Source: Octopus bimaculoides (Eukaryota). From it: a DNA stretch of 64,000 bases. Made by a program: the position numbers and the translations under genes. Position 1 is the first letter of the stretch; every line of letters starts with the position of its first letter. Under the pieces are notes generated by a model. It searched no databases, was not told the origin of the DNA, and was given only the letters and a program-made list of their open reading frames with translations. The stretch spans positions 64,745,377 through 64,809,376 of the forward strand of contig NC_068982.1 of assembly GCF_001194135.2 (NCBI RefSeq). The letters are read 5' to 3'. Positions 11,099 to 24,919 of the stretch are shown in pieces.

Positions 11099-12172
11099 GT
11101 AAGTTCCCCCATCTTGCATATAACAACAATACAGACACTCATCCATCGTCTACAATTTTAACATACGTCATCTTCTCATTTATTCGTTTATTTCTTTGAA
11201 TTTTTTTTAAACAGATATTTCAACGGTATGTATATTCTCATATATCTAAACATGCTTAATTCTTTTAATCTAACTTGCAATCTCTCTTTCAACATGTCGG
11301 TTTGAAATAAAAATGGGGACTCCTTGTAAAGAGATTTGCTTCCTTTCTCTCGAAAGGAATTCGTTCTTTTTTTTCATTTGTAAATTCGATGTTTTTTTTA
11401 AATACTTAACTTTATATACGCTTGTGTGTATACATATGTGCATTTGTTTCTATTTAAAATAACTATTTAAAGGCCGTCCGTTAACGAATCAAAACGTTTG
11501 GCCATATTTTATTCTCTAATTAGCAGACATAATGGACAGTTACGGTCGGCTTGAGCACTGCTTCACATTTAAGACACTTCCCCATTGATATTTCTTATCT
11601 TATTCTAATATTTCCTTCCTCACTTTATAGGAATACTGGCAGGGATCCTAAGGGAATTGTTTTCTTTCAAATAAAATTTACTTCAAGAAAATGGCTTCTT
11701 TAAAATTATAAATCGAATTATAGGATACTTTTCATTTCGTGTGTAAGTATGAATGTATATATATTTATATATAATATATATACACGAAATGTGACCAAGG
11801 GTTAAAACTGCCGTCGTGTAAACTTTTAAATAAAATGTGTCTGTACGCGCACACACACACACACATTATATATATATGTATATATAGTGTGTGTGTATGT
11901 ATATAATAATAATAATGTAAGAAGCGTTTATTTTGCAAAGCCAGAGTTACCAGCATCCAAGTCTCGCATCTTCCCATACGTGCCCTACATATGTGAGTGG
12001 ATTTTGGGCTTGGATAGTTCTCATCAGTCATCTAACTGGCCAGGCAATCCAACCTTCAGTCTTGGTCATCTTCAATTCGTTATATATATGTATGCATGTG
12101 AGAGAGAGAAAATATGACACTAAAATCAGTACGAACCAACTTGAGTGTGATAGATAGATAGATAGACACCCC

Positions 12173-12238
<66 letters not shown>

Positions 12239-14631
12239 TGTATAGGTGGATTAGCAGAATCGTTAGAGCGTCAGATAGGATTCCTTGCTGTATTCATTTC
12301 GGCTCTTGGCGTTCTGAGTTCGACTTTAGCTCTCATTGTTTCGGATCGATAAAAGTGGTTCAACTTTGTCGCGCTGATTCGGTTTGAAAATTGTGTTTAG
12401 AATAAACGTGCCTGAGGAATATTCCGCCTCTTATATGTTAATTTAACGAGTAGGGATCGAAGAATTGTATGCTCGTCTTAGAGAGTGACAGAGGATTCAC
12501 TATATATAGTGTCTCTCTTTCTCTCTCTCTCTCTTTCTGCGAAACTCTCAGCCCTTGAGCTACTTCGTGACCTTTTCGATTAAATGTGTGTATAATGTAT
12601 ATATATGTGTGTGTGTGTGTGTATAAAAGTTTAAGTGCCAGCGATTATAATAAAGATGTGTTTTTGCATGTACAAAGTGTCTTGTATTTTGTTTTATTGA
12701 GAAACGTTGCTGATTTATATAGAGAACGGTTCCCAGGTTGTCAAGAACCTCGTTCATCATTACAGGTTTTTAACGTTTAATGTCGTTTTACTGATTTTAT
12801 CATCGGACATAGATATTCTGGGGCACCGCCTTCTAAACCACTGTCGAGCTGATGACTATATCGCCCCACCACCACTGCCACTAGTACTTGTACGCCATCA
12901 TTTATTTTATCGCCATCGAAAGATGAGAGGCAAAGTCGACCCGAGTAGGATTTGGACGCAGACTGCAAAGGGACGTAACCAAATGCCACACTGCATCCTT
13001 CCCAATGCTCTGCCGATTATCGTTTCCAACAAAGGAAATTAGCTTCGTCAATTTCAAATGCATACGACAGTAATTGTGTGTATGTGTTCGCAGATGTTTT
13101 ATTTACAGTGCGCTGTTTCCTTACTTCTCTTAGGAGCTGTCATCGGAATGAATATAAATACGAATGTGTGTGTGTATGTATACATGCCTACTATTTAAAC
13201 CTCATATTGATGAGGAAAAAATTGTTTTACAAGTCTTGTTGGTTACGGATAATATATGTGTATGTATACATACATACACACACACCTAAACGAACATGTG
13301 TATTATGTATGTGGATATATTGGGTGTATGTGTGTGTATGCATATATATATATACATATATACATGCATGCCTGTCTACGTATATGTGAGTCTGTAGTAT
13401 ATTTTGTATATGAGTGTATATGTATTTACCTATGCCTGTGTGTGTCCATAGAGCTTGGTTCTCATTTCCTCCTGTTTATTACAGTTCTCCAAGCCATGAT
13501 GAGAGAGTTGAAGACGGGGTTTTTTGAAGTAACTCCAGCAAGCCAAGATTTATCTCCATACCTAAATCTGTTGAAGAATTAAAAGTTCTATATATGGAAG
13601 TAGGGTCCAAAATCAAAAGGCCTAAAATTTTACGTAGCAAAGAAAATGGTTTCAGTTAGAAAAAAAGAATACAGAACTCTTTTGCTATTTAAGAATTGGC
13701 CATGCTGTTGGGTTTGTGAAAGTAATAGCAAGAGTTAGGTTAAGGTGAAAAAAGTTCAGGGAATTCTTCTGTTGAAAACAAAAGCTTTGAGAGTGAAGGT
13801 TACATTATATAAAGCTTGTGAATGAAATGCAGTAATGCATGTGAGCAAGATGTGGGCACTGAATGTAGGACTTTTGCTATTCCTGGAGAGAAATCAGGTA
13901 ATCATACTCAACTATGTACTGTCTGCTTGCATGAATGATGGAGTATAGATGAGCTGAGAAAAAAGAAAAAGGTGTAATAGTCATTGTGTGTAGTGTGCGA
14001 GAGAGAAGATTGTTGGTTGAGATATTTTATGTGTATAAAGAATGACAGCTGGCTGAACAAATATTGAGAATAAAAATAGATGGAACCTACAGAACAGAAG
14101 CAAGTGGTGAAGACTATTTCAAGATGCAGGACCTTGTAAGTCAGACAACAATGACATGCACATGTATTCATATTTGTACAAATGTGTCTGTATATTACAC
14201 TTGTAAGTATGTGTGTAATATATGTATATTTGTAAAATTAAATAAATGCCAAAGAAACAGGAAATTATACTATAAACTTCATTAGCTTACAGCTGTTTGT
14301 GCTATGATATGCAGTGCTAATGAAGTTAATTACATAATTTCTTGTTCCTTTGTCATTTATTTAATATATTACACTCTGTACTTGACTAACGCTTTATTGT
14401 GAAGCATATGTATATTGAGTTCCAACATCAGGCTATTAGTATCACTCTAAGTAATGTGTGTGTGTGTGTATGTATATATATATATATATATAGGAAGGGC
14501 ATCCAGCTGTAGAAACTCTGCCAAATTAGATTGGAGCCTGGTGTTGCCATCCGGTTTCACCAGTCCTCAGTCAAATCGTCCAACCCATGCTAGCATGGAA
14601 AGCGGACGTTAAACGATGATGATGATGATGA

Positions 14632-14672
<41 letters not shown>

Positions 14673-14844
14673 NNNNNNNNNNNNNNNNNNNNNNNNNNNN
14701 NNNNNNNNNNNNNNNNNNNNNNNNNNNNNNNNNNNNNNNNNNNNNNNNNNNNNNNNNNNNNNNNNNNNNNNNNNNNNNNNNNNNNNNNNNNNNNNNNNNN
14801 NNNNNNNNNNNNNNNNNNNNNNNNNNNNNNNNNNNNNNNNNNNN

Positions 14845-14878
<34 letters not shown>

Positions 14879-15401
14879 TATATATATATATATATACACG
14901 TATGTATAAGAATGTATATGTATGTCATAATATGCATCATCTGATAGGATCCAATGAATTGGCAGGCCACATTTTGCTCCAGTGTCTCACTTTTAGCATT
15001 GTTTCTATGGCTCCAATCATTTTACAGAATTTACTTGGATGCCTCTATTGTGACACTAGCATTAGTAAGGACACAAGACTAAACCTTCAACTAGAAAGAG
15101 AAGGAGCTTTATGTGAAGTGTTGAGAGATTAGAGTATGATAATAAAAAAAAAATTTTTTTTTAAGACAGTAGATTGTTGTAGAGGAAATACATGGCAATT
15201 CCACATTACAGTGGAGTGAATTGGGAAAGAGAGGCAAAAATGGTGGTGACAAGACAAAAGAAAGCAAATAGAAAAGTTTGGGGACAGAATATGTGAAAGA
15301 TGTGTAGAAAAGTGTTTGCAAGAATGAAAGGTGGTTTGAAATAGGGGTAAGGATGAATATAATGAATGAACAAGGGTGGAGGAGTGGCTGAATGAAGATG
15401 C

Positions 15402-15435
<34 letters not shown>

Positions 15436-18400
15436 TTGTGTATGTATATATATATATATACACACACACACACAAACATTTAACATCTATCTGGCATGGG
15501 CTGGACAGTTTGACAAGAACCAATGAGCTGGAGGACTGTTGACTTCCAGTGTCTGTTTTGATGTGGTTTCTATGGTTTTATGCCCTTGCTAATTGCCAAC
15601 CACTTAAGTCTACTTACTGCTTTTTTTTTTGCACCAGTACTGCTGAGGTTACCAATTAACTTGCAAGTGAAAGGTAAAATAAAAAAACCCCCAGCTAAGT
15701 GAGGTTGTAGTAGAGGATGTTATAGCTTTATGCTAGATATTGAGAGATAAACTATAATAGAGGAACAGGCACTGGTGTCTTGCACTGGAATTGATTCATG
15801 AGTACCTCACATCACACATAAGTGGATGGGAGTAGCTGGAAAGAAGATAAAGATGGTGATGTATAAAAGGATGCTGGCATGACTGAGACGTTAAGTTTAC
15901 ATTGTAACAATTAGAACTTAGGTTTGACCACATTGCATGGTCACTTGTGCAGCAGCCTTAAACTAAATTCAGAAACACTGCAACCCTGTAAATCAAAATG
16001 GGGATGGTCTTGGTTCGTCAGTGTCTGTGGCTGAAGAATACAAAGTCTTCTGTGTTTGTGTGTGTGCATAAGTAGTAAATCTATAAGTACTTATATACAA
16101 GTACATATAGATTTACATACATATGCACATGCATATATAAACATAGGTGTGACTGTGTGGTTGCAACCATGTGTTTTGGGTTCAGTACAACTGTGCAGCA
16201 CCTTAGGCAAATGTCTTTTGTAACCCTGGACTAACCAATGCTTTTGAAATGAATTTGGTAGACATCAGCTCTGAGTCCATCATGTATGTATGTTCCTTCT
16301 GTTATTCTCTCCATTACCATCCTTTCACATCTGCTGATTAAGATGGTATAGGTTGGATGGGTCTGCTCACTGAGTTGCGAGTGGGGGCATCTTGCAGCAT
16401 GATAGTTGTAAATGAGTGATACTGTCGTACAAATGATGTCATTCATTTCCAATCTTCAGTGAAGACAAGAGAAAATATTACCTTTCTTGAAAACAAGGAC
16501 ATCTAGCTGTAGAGAATTTACTTTGGCCTATACAAACATGAAACAGTGGGCATTAAAATTTATGATATGCATTTATATATGTATGTGTGTATAACTACAG
16601 CGGTATAGCTGTGTGGTTGAGAAGTCTGCTCCTCAACCACATAGTTTTAGGTTCAGTCCCACTGCATGCCACCTTGGGCAAATGTTTTCCATTACAGCAC
16701 AGGCTATCCAAAGCCTTATGAATAGATTTGGTTGACAAACTGAAAGAAGCACATTGCATGCATGTATAAGTGTCTCCTTGACTTGACATCATGTGACAGT
16801 TGTAAATGAGTGTCACTGCGATACAAGCAGTCATTCATTTGAATATTCTGTGTAAATATGTCTGGCCTTGGGGAAATATTAACTTGTATCACAATTATGT
16901 AATTGTACATTTGGTGGTGTTTATCTGAATGAAACAGCTGTTGAATCCAATTAAAGTATGAAATATAAAGGAAATCTTTGCTTTTTGGCTAAATACCTGT
17001 GTATCCACACACACGTCCAACCCATACCAGCATGGAAGACACATTAAATGATGTCTTTGTATATCATCAGCAGCATCATTTAATGTCATTTTTTCTATGC
17101 TAGCATGGGTTCGGTTGGACTGCTGAGCACCAATGTTTGCTTTAGTATGGTGTATGTGTGTGTGTGTGTGGAGGCAGGTCTTGAAAAAATCCTGGCTTTG
17201 GCTAAAAGAAAATACAGGAGGATCAGTTAATAATGATTTTATTTAACACATTCCCCTCTCAGATTCACACAAGCCCTGTAAAAGAACTCTGAAGGTTGGG
17301 ACTCTTAAAACCAGGAACTCTTCAGCACTCCCTCGTATATGTGTGTATTATATATACACATACACCCATGTATATATACTTTTAGGTGTAGTATTTCTAG
17401 ATGATTAAAAAAATACCCTTCACAATCATGATTGCAGTTTCGTGTGTGTGTGTGTATGATTGCGTCTGTGTTTGTTGCCGACCACTGCTTGACAACCAGT
17501 ATTGGTGTGTTTACATCCCCATAACTTAGTGGTTTGTCCAATAGTATAAATATTAGGCTTAAAAAATGTCCTGAGGTCAATTTTCAACTAAAACTCTTCA
17601 AGACAGTGCACCAGCATGGCTGCAGTCTAATGACTGAAACCGTAAAAGATAAAAAGATACACACATATCAAGCTCACTCTCTCTTCCCTCACATGATGCT
17701 TACAACCTTGCCACTGCATCTCTTCACCTCTTTCTGCACTATCAGTCATCACCTAATCTTATTCCTACCCTTGTCCACTGTTCACTTCTACCCAGTCTTT
17801 ATAGTCATAAATTACTTTTCTCTACCTTCCCTCCAACTTATGCTTACCATCTCTTCACACTTGTCCTTCATTCATTACATTTATCCCCTCACTTATTCCC
17901 CATCTCTAACCATACACTCTACCCATCCACATTCTCTATTCTACTGTGTTTGCTCCTATTAACCTTGGGGGGCACTCTGAATCCTTATTCCTCTTTCCAG
18001 CTCCATGTTCCTCTCCAGTAAGAAGCCTGTTCTGTTCTAGCTTCTTCTCTCATACTTAAACTCTCATCTCTTTGTATAGAGCTGTCTCCCTCTCTACTGT
18101 AGCTCTATTAGTTGAGGGGAATCTTAGTATTACTAGCTGCATGGCAACCTCACTAATGTTGTTGTCATGAACAAAGCATTCAATACACTCTGTAAAGTGG
18201 TTGGCATTAGGAAAGACAAAGCATGTCAAAGTTAACATATGAGCATGATGCAGTCCCCAGGTCCATCGAATCTTTTCAAACCATCAAACCCATGCCAATG
18301 TTGAAGATAGGCATTAAAAGATGATATACTGTGGATATGCACACACAGATACATGTGTATATATTTACTTGTCCACCATATAGTTTTGGTTCAGTCAGTC

Positions 18401-21400
18401 CTATTGCATGGCTCTTTGGGCAAGTGTCCTTTTGGATTTGGTCTATGGAAACTAAAAGCTATCACATACATCTGTTGTGTATTTGTTTATGTCTCTCTTG
18501 CTTCTCCCAAAATTACATGCTAATTGGGTTGTGTTGTCAGTTCCCATGTCAGTAAATTGTTCACTCACTCCAGTTTTGAGTCCACATTGAACAAGAGAGC
18601 CCTTACTTGAAAACAGCTACAGGTTAGCAATAAGTAGGGCACCTGACTGGAAAACAATGTAAAGCATAGTTGTCTAATCCATACAAGCATGCAAAAATGA
18701 CTCAGGACAATGAAAGGAAAAACAAATGTTTTGCATTCAGTCCAACTGCATGGAACCTTAAGCAAGTATCTTCAGTAGTCAGCCAAAGCTTTGCGAGTAA
18801 TTTTAGTGGATAGAAATTGAAAGAAGTCCATTATGTGTGTCATTCAACTTGAATCATTCATCTGCCACCTTCTGTGGAAACATGTCTAGCCATTTTGCTG
18901 TTCTTCTTAGACTAAAGGGAATATTACTTTGCTTGGAAACAGTTGAGTGTTGGTTTTAGGAAGGGCATTTGACCATAGATAATTTACCTCAATGAATTTT
19001 GTTTGACCCAAACATAAGTTGGGAATGATCACACACACACACAAATATGTAAACTTTTGTGTATGTATATCCAGACACACATAAATGTACTGTGAACCCA
19101 CTAGTCACTTCTCTACATTGCTTCAACAAGCAAGTACTTAGTGTTCACAACCATCCTGTCCTATTTCTTGGTGAGTATAAAGTCCATAAGGGATAATTGC
19201 CTTGAGATACTTAAAATATAAAGTTTGTAGACTTTATACTCACCAAGAAATAGGATAGAGGGATGGTTGTGAACACTTGCTTGTTGATGTATATACCACT
19301 CAGAGTAGAGTAACGAATAGTGGCTTCACAGTACATTCCAGACAGACCCAGCCAGAAGACAATCTAGTGAAAGTATGAAAATGAAAAAGCTTCCAGCTAG
19401 TCATAGATTCAGAGGGGTTTTAGTTTATATTTATCACAGGACAGGGGCAGTGATAGAGTCCTAAAAACAATGAAAACTACTGAAAGTCACTACAAAATAA
19501 CTTGATCACCATAGATTAAATCTGTACCTGGTACCAGATTCCAGGCAAACAGAAGGTGACTTAGTGGTGGTTAAATACTGTAGATTAATCATAAATGCTA
19601 TGAGAATGACTGGAAAGACAAAGAGTTGGGTAGATGCTATAGGTCAGGCATATATTGCACAGGGTTAGAGGTTTTGCATGTGTTCTGCAAGCTGAGTATT
19701 GGGCATGAGATGTTCCCTATTGCAAAACAGTGTACCAGTGAGAGTTCAGGTGTCATTGCAGAGGATTGTGTACTGAATGATAGTAATTCACTTACCTCAC
19801 CAACGCTGTGAAGAAAATGGCAGGGAAATGCTACTACAAGAAGTTGTTGAATGAGGCAAATGCATCAGGGTGGGAGGGTCTACAGCAAAGAGACCAAGAA
19901 GGCAAAGCAGAAGGACCATAAGGGATAATTACTGAGATGTTTATAATATTTGGCAAAATAGGTTACATGCTAACCACTACATAGCCACTCAAGATGTCAT
20001 ATCCAATGACTGGCATAGTAGAATCATCAACTGCTACAAGGGCAAAAATGAACATGCATTAATTAATTTGATGCATCAGGATAGGAGAGCTACTAAAAGA
20101 GTTATGGCACAATTGATTAGCATATGGATTAACCTAGAGTTTTATACCTGGGAAAAGGGATGTTGAAATGGTGGTGGTGATGGATTTTGGCAATTGGATC
20201 TGTCCATATCCCATTCCCCTACCATCACTCTTTATTGTCAGAGCCCCCTCTCTGCCATCACTCCCTCTTTCTTCGTGTTTTCCAACTCATGCTATTTTAT
20301 TATTTAGTCTCTTTACTAATAATCTACTTATCACTTGCTTTTCCATTATTATCTCCCTTACCTTTCACTTGTCTTGGTTGTATCTTCATTTCTGTCAGTC
20401 ACATTGCCTTGAATGAAAAAAATGTTGCTGGTAACATCTGTAGTGTAGTTGCCATGACAAAATGCACCCAGTACTCTGTTAAGTAGTTGACAGACAGAGG
20501 AACAACCTCTTTAGTGTTGGTGCCTTAATAAAATGCACCCAGAACACTTCATAAATTGGTTGGCATTAGTAACTGCATCTAACCAAACATGGAAGATATA
20601 CGTACAATGTCACTTACCCATCTAGGAAGATTGTAAGTCCAAATAAAAATCAGCTTGGACTCTGTATGTGTTCATATACTTGCACACACATACTTGAGTG
20701 TACAGCATCATTTTATTTTAACCCTTTCATTACACTATTCCTAATGAAATATATTGTTTTCATTTCAGTAATAATGAATTTAGTGAAATAACTTTGTCGT
20801 TATTAAATGACCAAGTATTAGAAATATAAATTGACATGAACTTTGGATGGAAGGTTTTAACTACATTACTTTAAAAGAGGAAGTATGTATTGTAGAACCA
20901 AGGGCATCACCAAAATGTTTACTCATTTGATACCAGCCTATCTGAAACTTTACTATTCTATGATGCAAACTTCTTGTGTTAAAGTGATCTAATTCAAACT
21001 TTTCATTAAAATTACATGCTAATTTAAGCTCCAAATATCTGCTTAATAATGATAAAGTTACTTCACTAAATTCTCGTATTTTTAAAATTGATTAAAACAA
21101 AGGCTGTGTATTTCAATAAATATGGTAACGCACACGTCTGTGGGTGGATGGATGGATGTGTTGCACACTAGTTGGAACACTTCACTTTCAAAGTTGGGGA
21201 CAAACTTTCAGTGACTTACAGGAGCCATCTTGGGAAATAAGATGTACTTTGATAACAGTTTCTGGAAGTTTATTCTAAACTCCGATAGTTTAGTATATAA
21301 GGTTTCTGTCTTAATGTGTCTCAGCATCAGCTGTTCAGAGGGCTAGTGCAGGTATGATTCTACTAGCATTATTGATGGTGAGCTTTTTACTTTTAGCAGC

Positions 21401-23905
21401 TGTTCTATCAACTGTAGTGAGCTGATTGAATATGCTATATGAAGTAATTACCCAATATTGGCACACAACAGAATGCTTCAGATTTGTGCTTTGTAATATT
21501 GGCTCTTCCTTCCTTGAACAGCTTGTCTTCTTTGTGGTACTCCAAGCTTAGATATAACACTGTTACATGTTGTTGGCACTCCGTCGCTTATGACGTCGAG
21601 GGTTCCAGTTGATCCGATCAAGGGAACAGCCTGCTCGTGAAATTAACGTGTAAGTGGCTGAGCACTCCACAGACATGTGCACCCTTAACGTAGTTCTCGG
21701 GAATATTCAGCATGACACAGTGTGACAAGGCTGGCCCTTTGAAATACAGGTACAAGAGAAACAGGAAGAAAGAGTGAGAGAAAGTTGTGGTGAAAGAGTA
21801 CAGCAGGGTTCGCCACCATCCCTTGCCGAAGCATCGTGGAGCTTTAGGTGTTTTCGCTCAATAAACACTCACAACACCCGGTCTGGGAATCGAAACCGCA
21901 ATCCTATGACTGCGAGTCCGCTGCCCTAACCACTGGGCCATTGCGCCTCCACACACTGTTACATATAGTGGATATATATCCACACCAACTGTGATTCCAC
22001 TCAGCATCTCAAGTTGCTTTTTCATAGGAAGCCTGCATTCCTAAAGTGTAATGCAAAGTTTGATGGATCTCTTCCTTGCTAGAACCATTGCTTTATATTT
22101 TGAAGGCTCTAAAAATGCTTTCTGTTTGCTACTGCACTGTTTTCTTTTGCAGGTCTTTGTGTTATAAATAATATACAGTTGTCAGCAAAAGAGTACATTG
22201 CATTTTTACAGGTATTGACCAGGTTATCTACGAAAACTGGGAACAAAATTGTCATAAATATTGAGCCTTGTGAGACCTGCATTGATGAGTAATGGGTGAC
22301 CTTCAATAAATCTCCTGATAAAATAGTTTTGAAACCATTTGATCAGTTTTCCATATTCCTTTGGATTTTAGTTTGATGGAGAAACTGTTATTGTTAAACT
22401 CTGTTAAAAGCTCCTTTGGCACACAGTACTGTGACATATATACTTCCCAACTTATCTCAAAGTAGTTTCACTAGATTATGTAATAGATTAATATTTTGAT
22501 GAATCACCTCAGTACTTCCTCTTACATATAGGAATCACAGGGGCGATGTTTCATTGTTTTGGAAATATACTACATCATCATCATTTAACGTCCGCTTTCC
22601 ATGCTAGCATGGGTTGGACGGTTTGACTGAGGACTGGTGAACCAGATGGCTACACCAGGCTCCAATCTGATTTGGCAGAGTTTCTACAGCTGGATGCCCT
22701 TCCTAACGCCAACCACTCTGAGAGTGTAGTGGGTGCTTTTACGTGCCACCGGCACGAGAGCCAGTCAGGAGGTACTGGCAACGGCCACGCTCGAAATGGT
22801 GTATTTTACGTGCCACCTGCACAGGAGCCAGTCCAGCGGTACTGGCAACAAACTCGCTTGAATGTCTTTTCACGTGCCACTGGTACAAGTGCCAGGAAGG
22901 CAACGTTGGTAACGATCACGCTCAAATGGGAAGCAAAGGTGAAATAGATAATTTAGGAGCTTGGCTAGTTTCATACAGCATCCTTCTCAGACTCTTAACT
23001 GCAATAAAATAAGTACCAGTGGTTTTTGAGTTCTTATGTTAGCTTGATATGTTTTGTAATGACAATCGTGCTTTGTAGCATTGTGTGTAAAGGTTGTCTA
23101 GTCAGTGGTGATTTGTCATCAACATTTGGGACATTTTCTGTTAAAACTTAGCAGCAGACAAGATATGAGTTTTGCCATTTTGAGCACAGTTGTATGTGTG
23201 TGTGTGTGTGTGGGGGGGGTGTAACACACAAGTTACACCCCCCCAGAAAAGGGTGTGAAAAACCATTTGCAGCTTATCTTAGTTTAAAATGTGCACACAC
23301 ACATACACCAGCATGTTGATGATGTCAAATATGAAAACAAACCTTTCTTGAGAACTTGGCTGCACTACAAAACTGATGTGTCTGTGATGATATACATGTC
23401 ATATCATTCATATCCTATCTAAACTTTTCACCTGTTTATGCATAGATTTGTTGGCAGAAGTGCTGAATTTGTATTTCTAATAGAACAAGGTGACAAAAGA
23501 TAAAGTTGAGAGGCTGGTTTTAAGTTGCCTGGTATGTTGAAGAGGTATAAATGGTAGCATCCAGAGGGAGATGTGGTGTTTTTTTATGCTAGAAAAATTG
23601 GTGAAGGACTGATGGAATCAAAAAGGAAGTACACAAGATTCCTAAAACGTAGTAAACTATTTCTGTATATTAAAAATTGGTGATATATATATTTGTGCAC
23701 ATAAATAGGCTTGTTATCATTGACATGGCTCTTAGAACATTACAGCTGTCTATTGATATGGTTCTGCATTATATCTGTAAGCCAGTAGCAATGATTAACT
23801 CATGGAACCATTGTGTGAAGATTACATGTATTTTAAACTAAGTTCATGAAAATCAATTTGTAAAGGCTAATCGAGACTAACGCAGAATTTGTGTGTGTGT
23901 GTGTA

Positions 23906-23938
<33 letters not shown>

Positions 23939-24875
23939 TGATAATACTAAAACTCTAGGGATGTTTGTGTGTAACTGAAATATCTCAGAAATTGCATATT
24001 TTATCTTAATTTTTTTTACATATTTATTTTCATACTTACCTTTGGCAGTGCAGTACAAATTTTTGTGACATTTGGACCTCTATTTTAACAATTAAACACA
24101 ATTTTTGTTATTTCTTGATGAAAAAAAAAATACATGGCTTCCATGACTTATACACACACATATAATGAATCTCATGGCATGTCAATCAACACAAACACAT
24201 GTCCTTTATCTGTAGCATATACACACACATAGTCTCTCTAAGAAAAAAAATAAATAACCGTTGACTTTTTGACATACACGATATTTTAATCATTTAAAAA
24301 TATATCAACTGAATGTGATTTCATCATCTGGAGTTTATTAATTTCCGTAAAATTTTTTTATTTATTTACTTTTTTTCTAAAGTGAAAGATGTATGTACAT
24401 GTATATGAGATGGATGTGTGTCATCATCATCATCATCATCGTTTAACGTCCGCTTTCCATGCTAGCATGGGTTGGACGATTTGACTGAGGACTGGTGAAA
24501 CCGGATGGCAACACCAGGCTCCAGTCTGATTTGGCAGAGTTTCTACAGCTGGATGCCCTTCCTAACGCCAACCACTCAGAGAGTGTGAAAGAGAAAGAGA
24601 GAGCGAGTGAAAGGGTGTGTTTTCATGTATACATACATACATCAATACATATAAGAGACAGAGTGAGTGAGTGAATGTGTGTGTGTGTTCTCATGTATGT
24701 GTAAGTAGTACTCTCTCTCACACATATGTTCATTTCATATACATGTTCATACATCTTTCACTTTCTCCTCCCTTTTTCGCTTTAGGTGATTTTCAGGATA
24801 AAAATTGTTAAAAAAAGGTTCTCATGTAAATTGATTACTATTGTTTGGATAGTTCCAATTAAGTCCAAAAGTTAG

Positions 24876-24919
<44 letters not shown>

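Noticed and set aside
21880-21952. tRNA genes (also near 440-512, 1840-1926, 63310-63393)
   Set aside because: These are tRNA-derived SINE heads fused to SINE bodies and tails; no complete cloverleaf.
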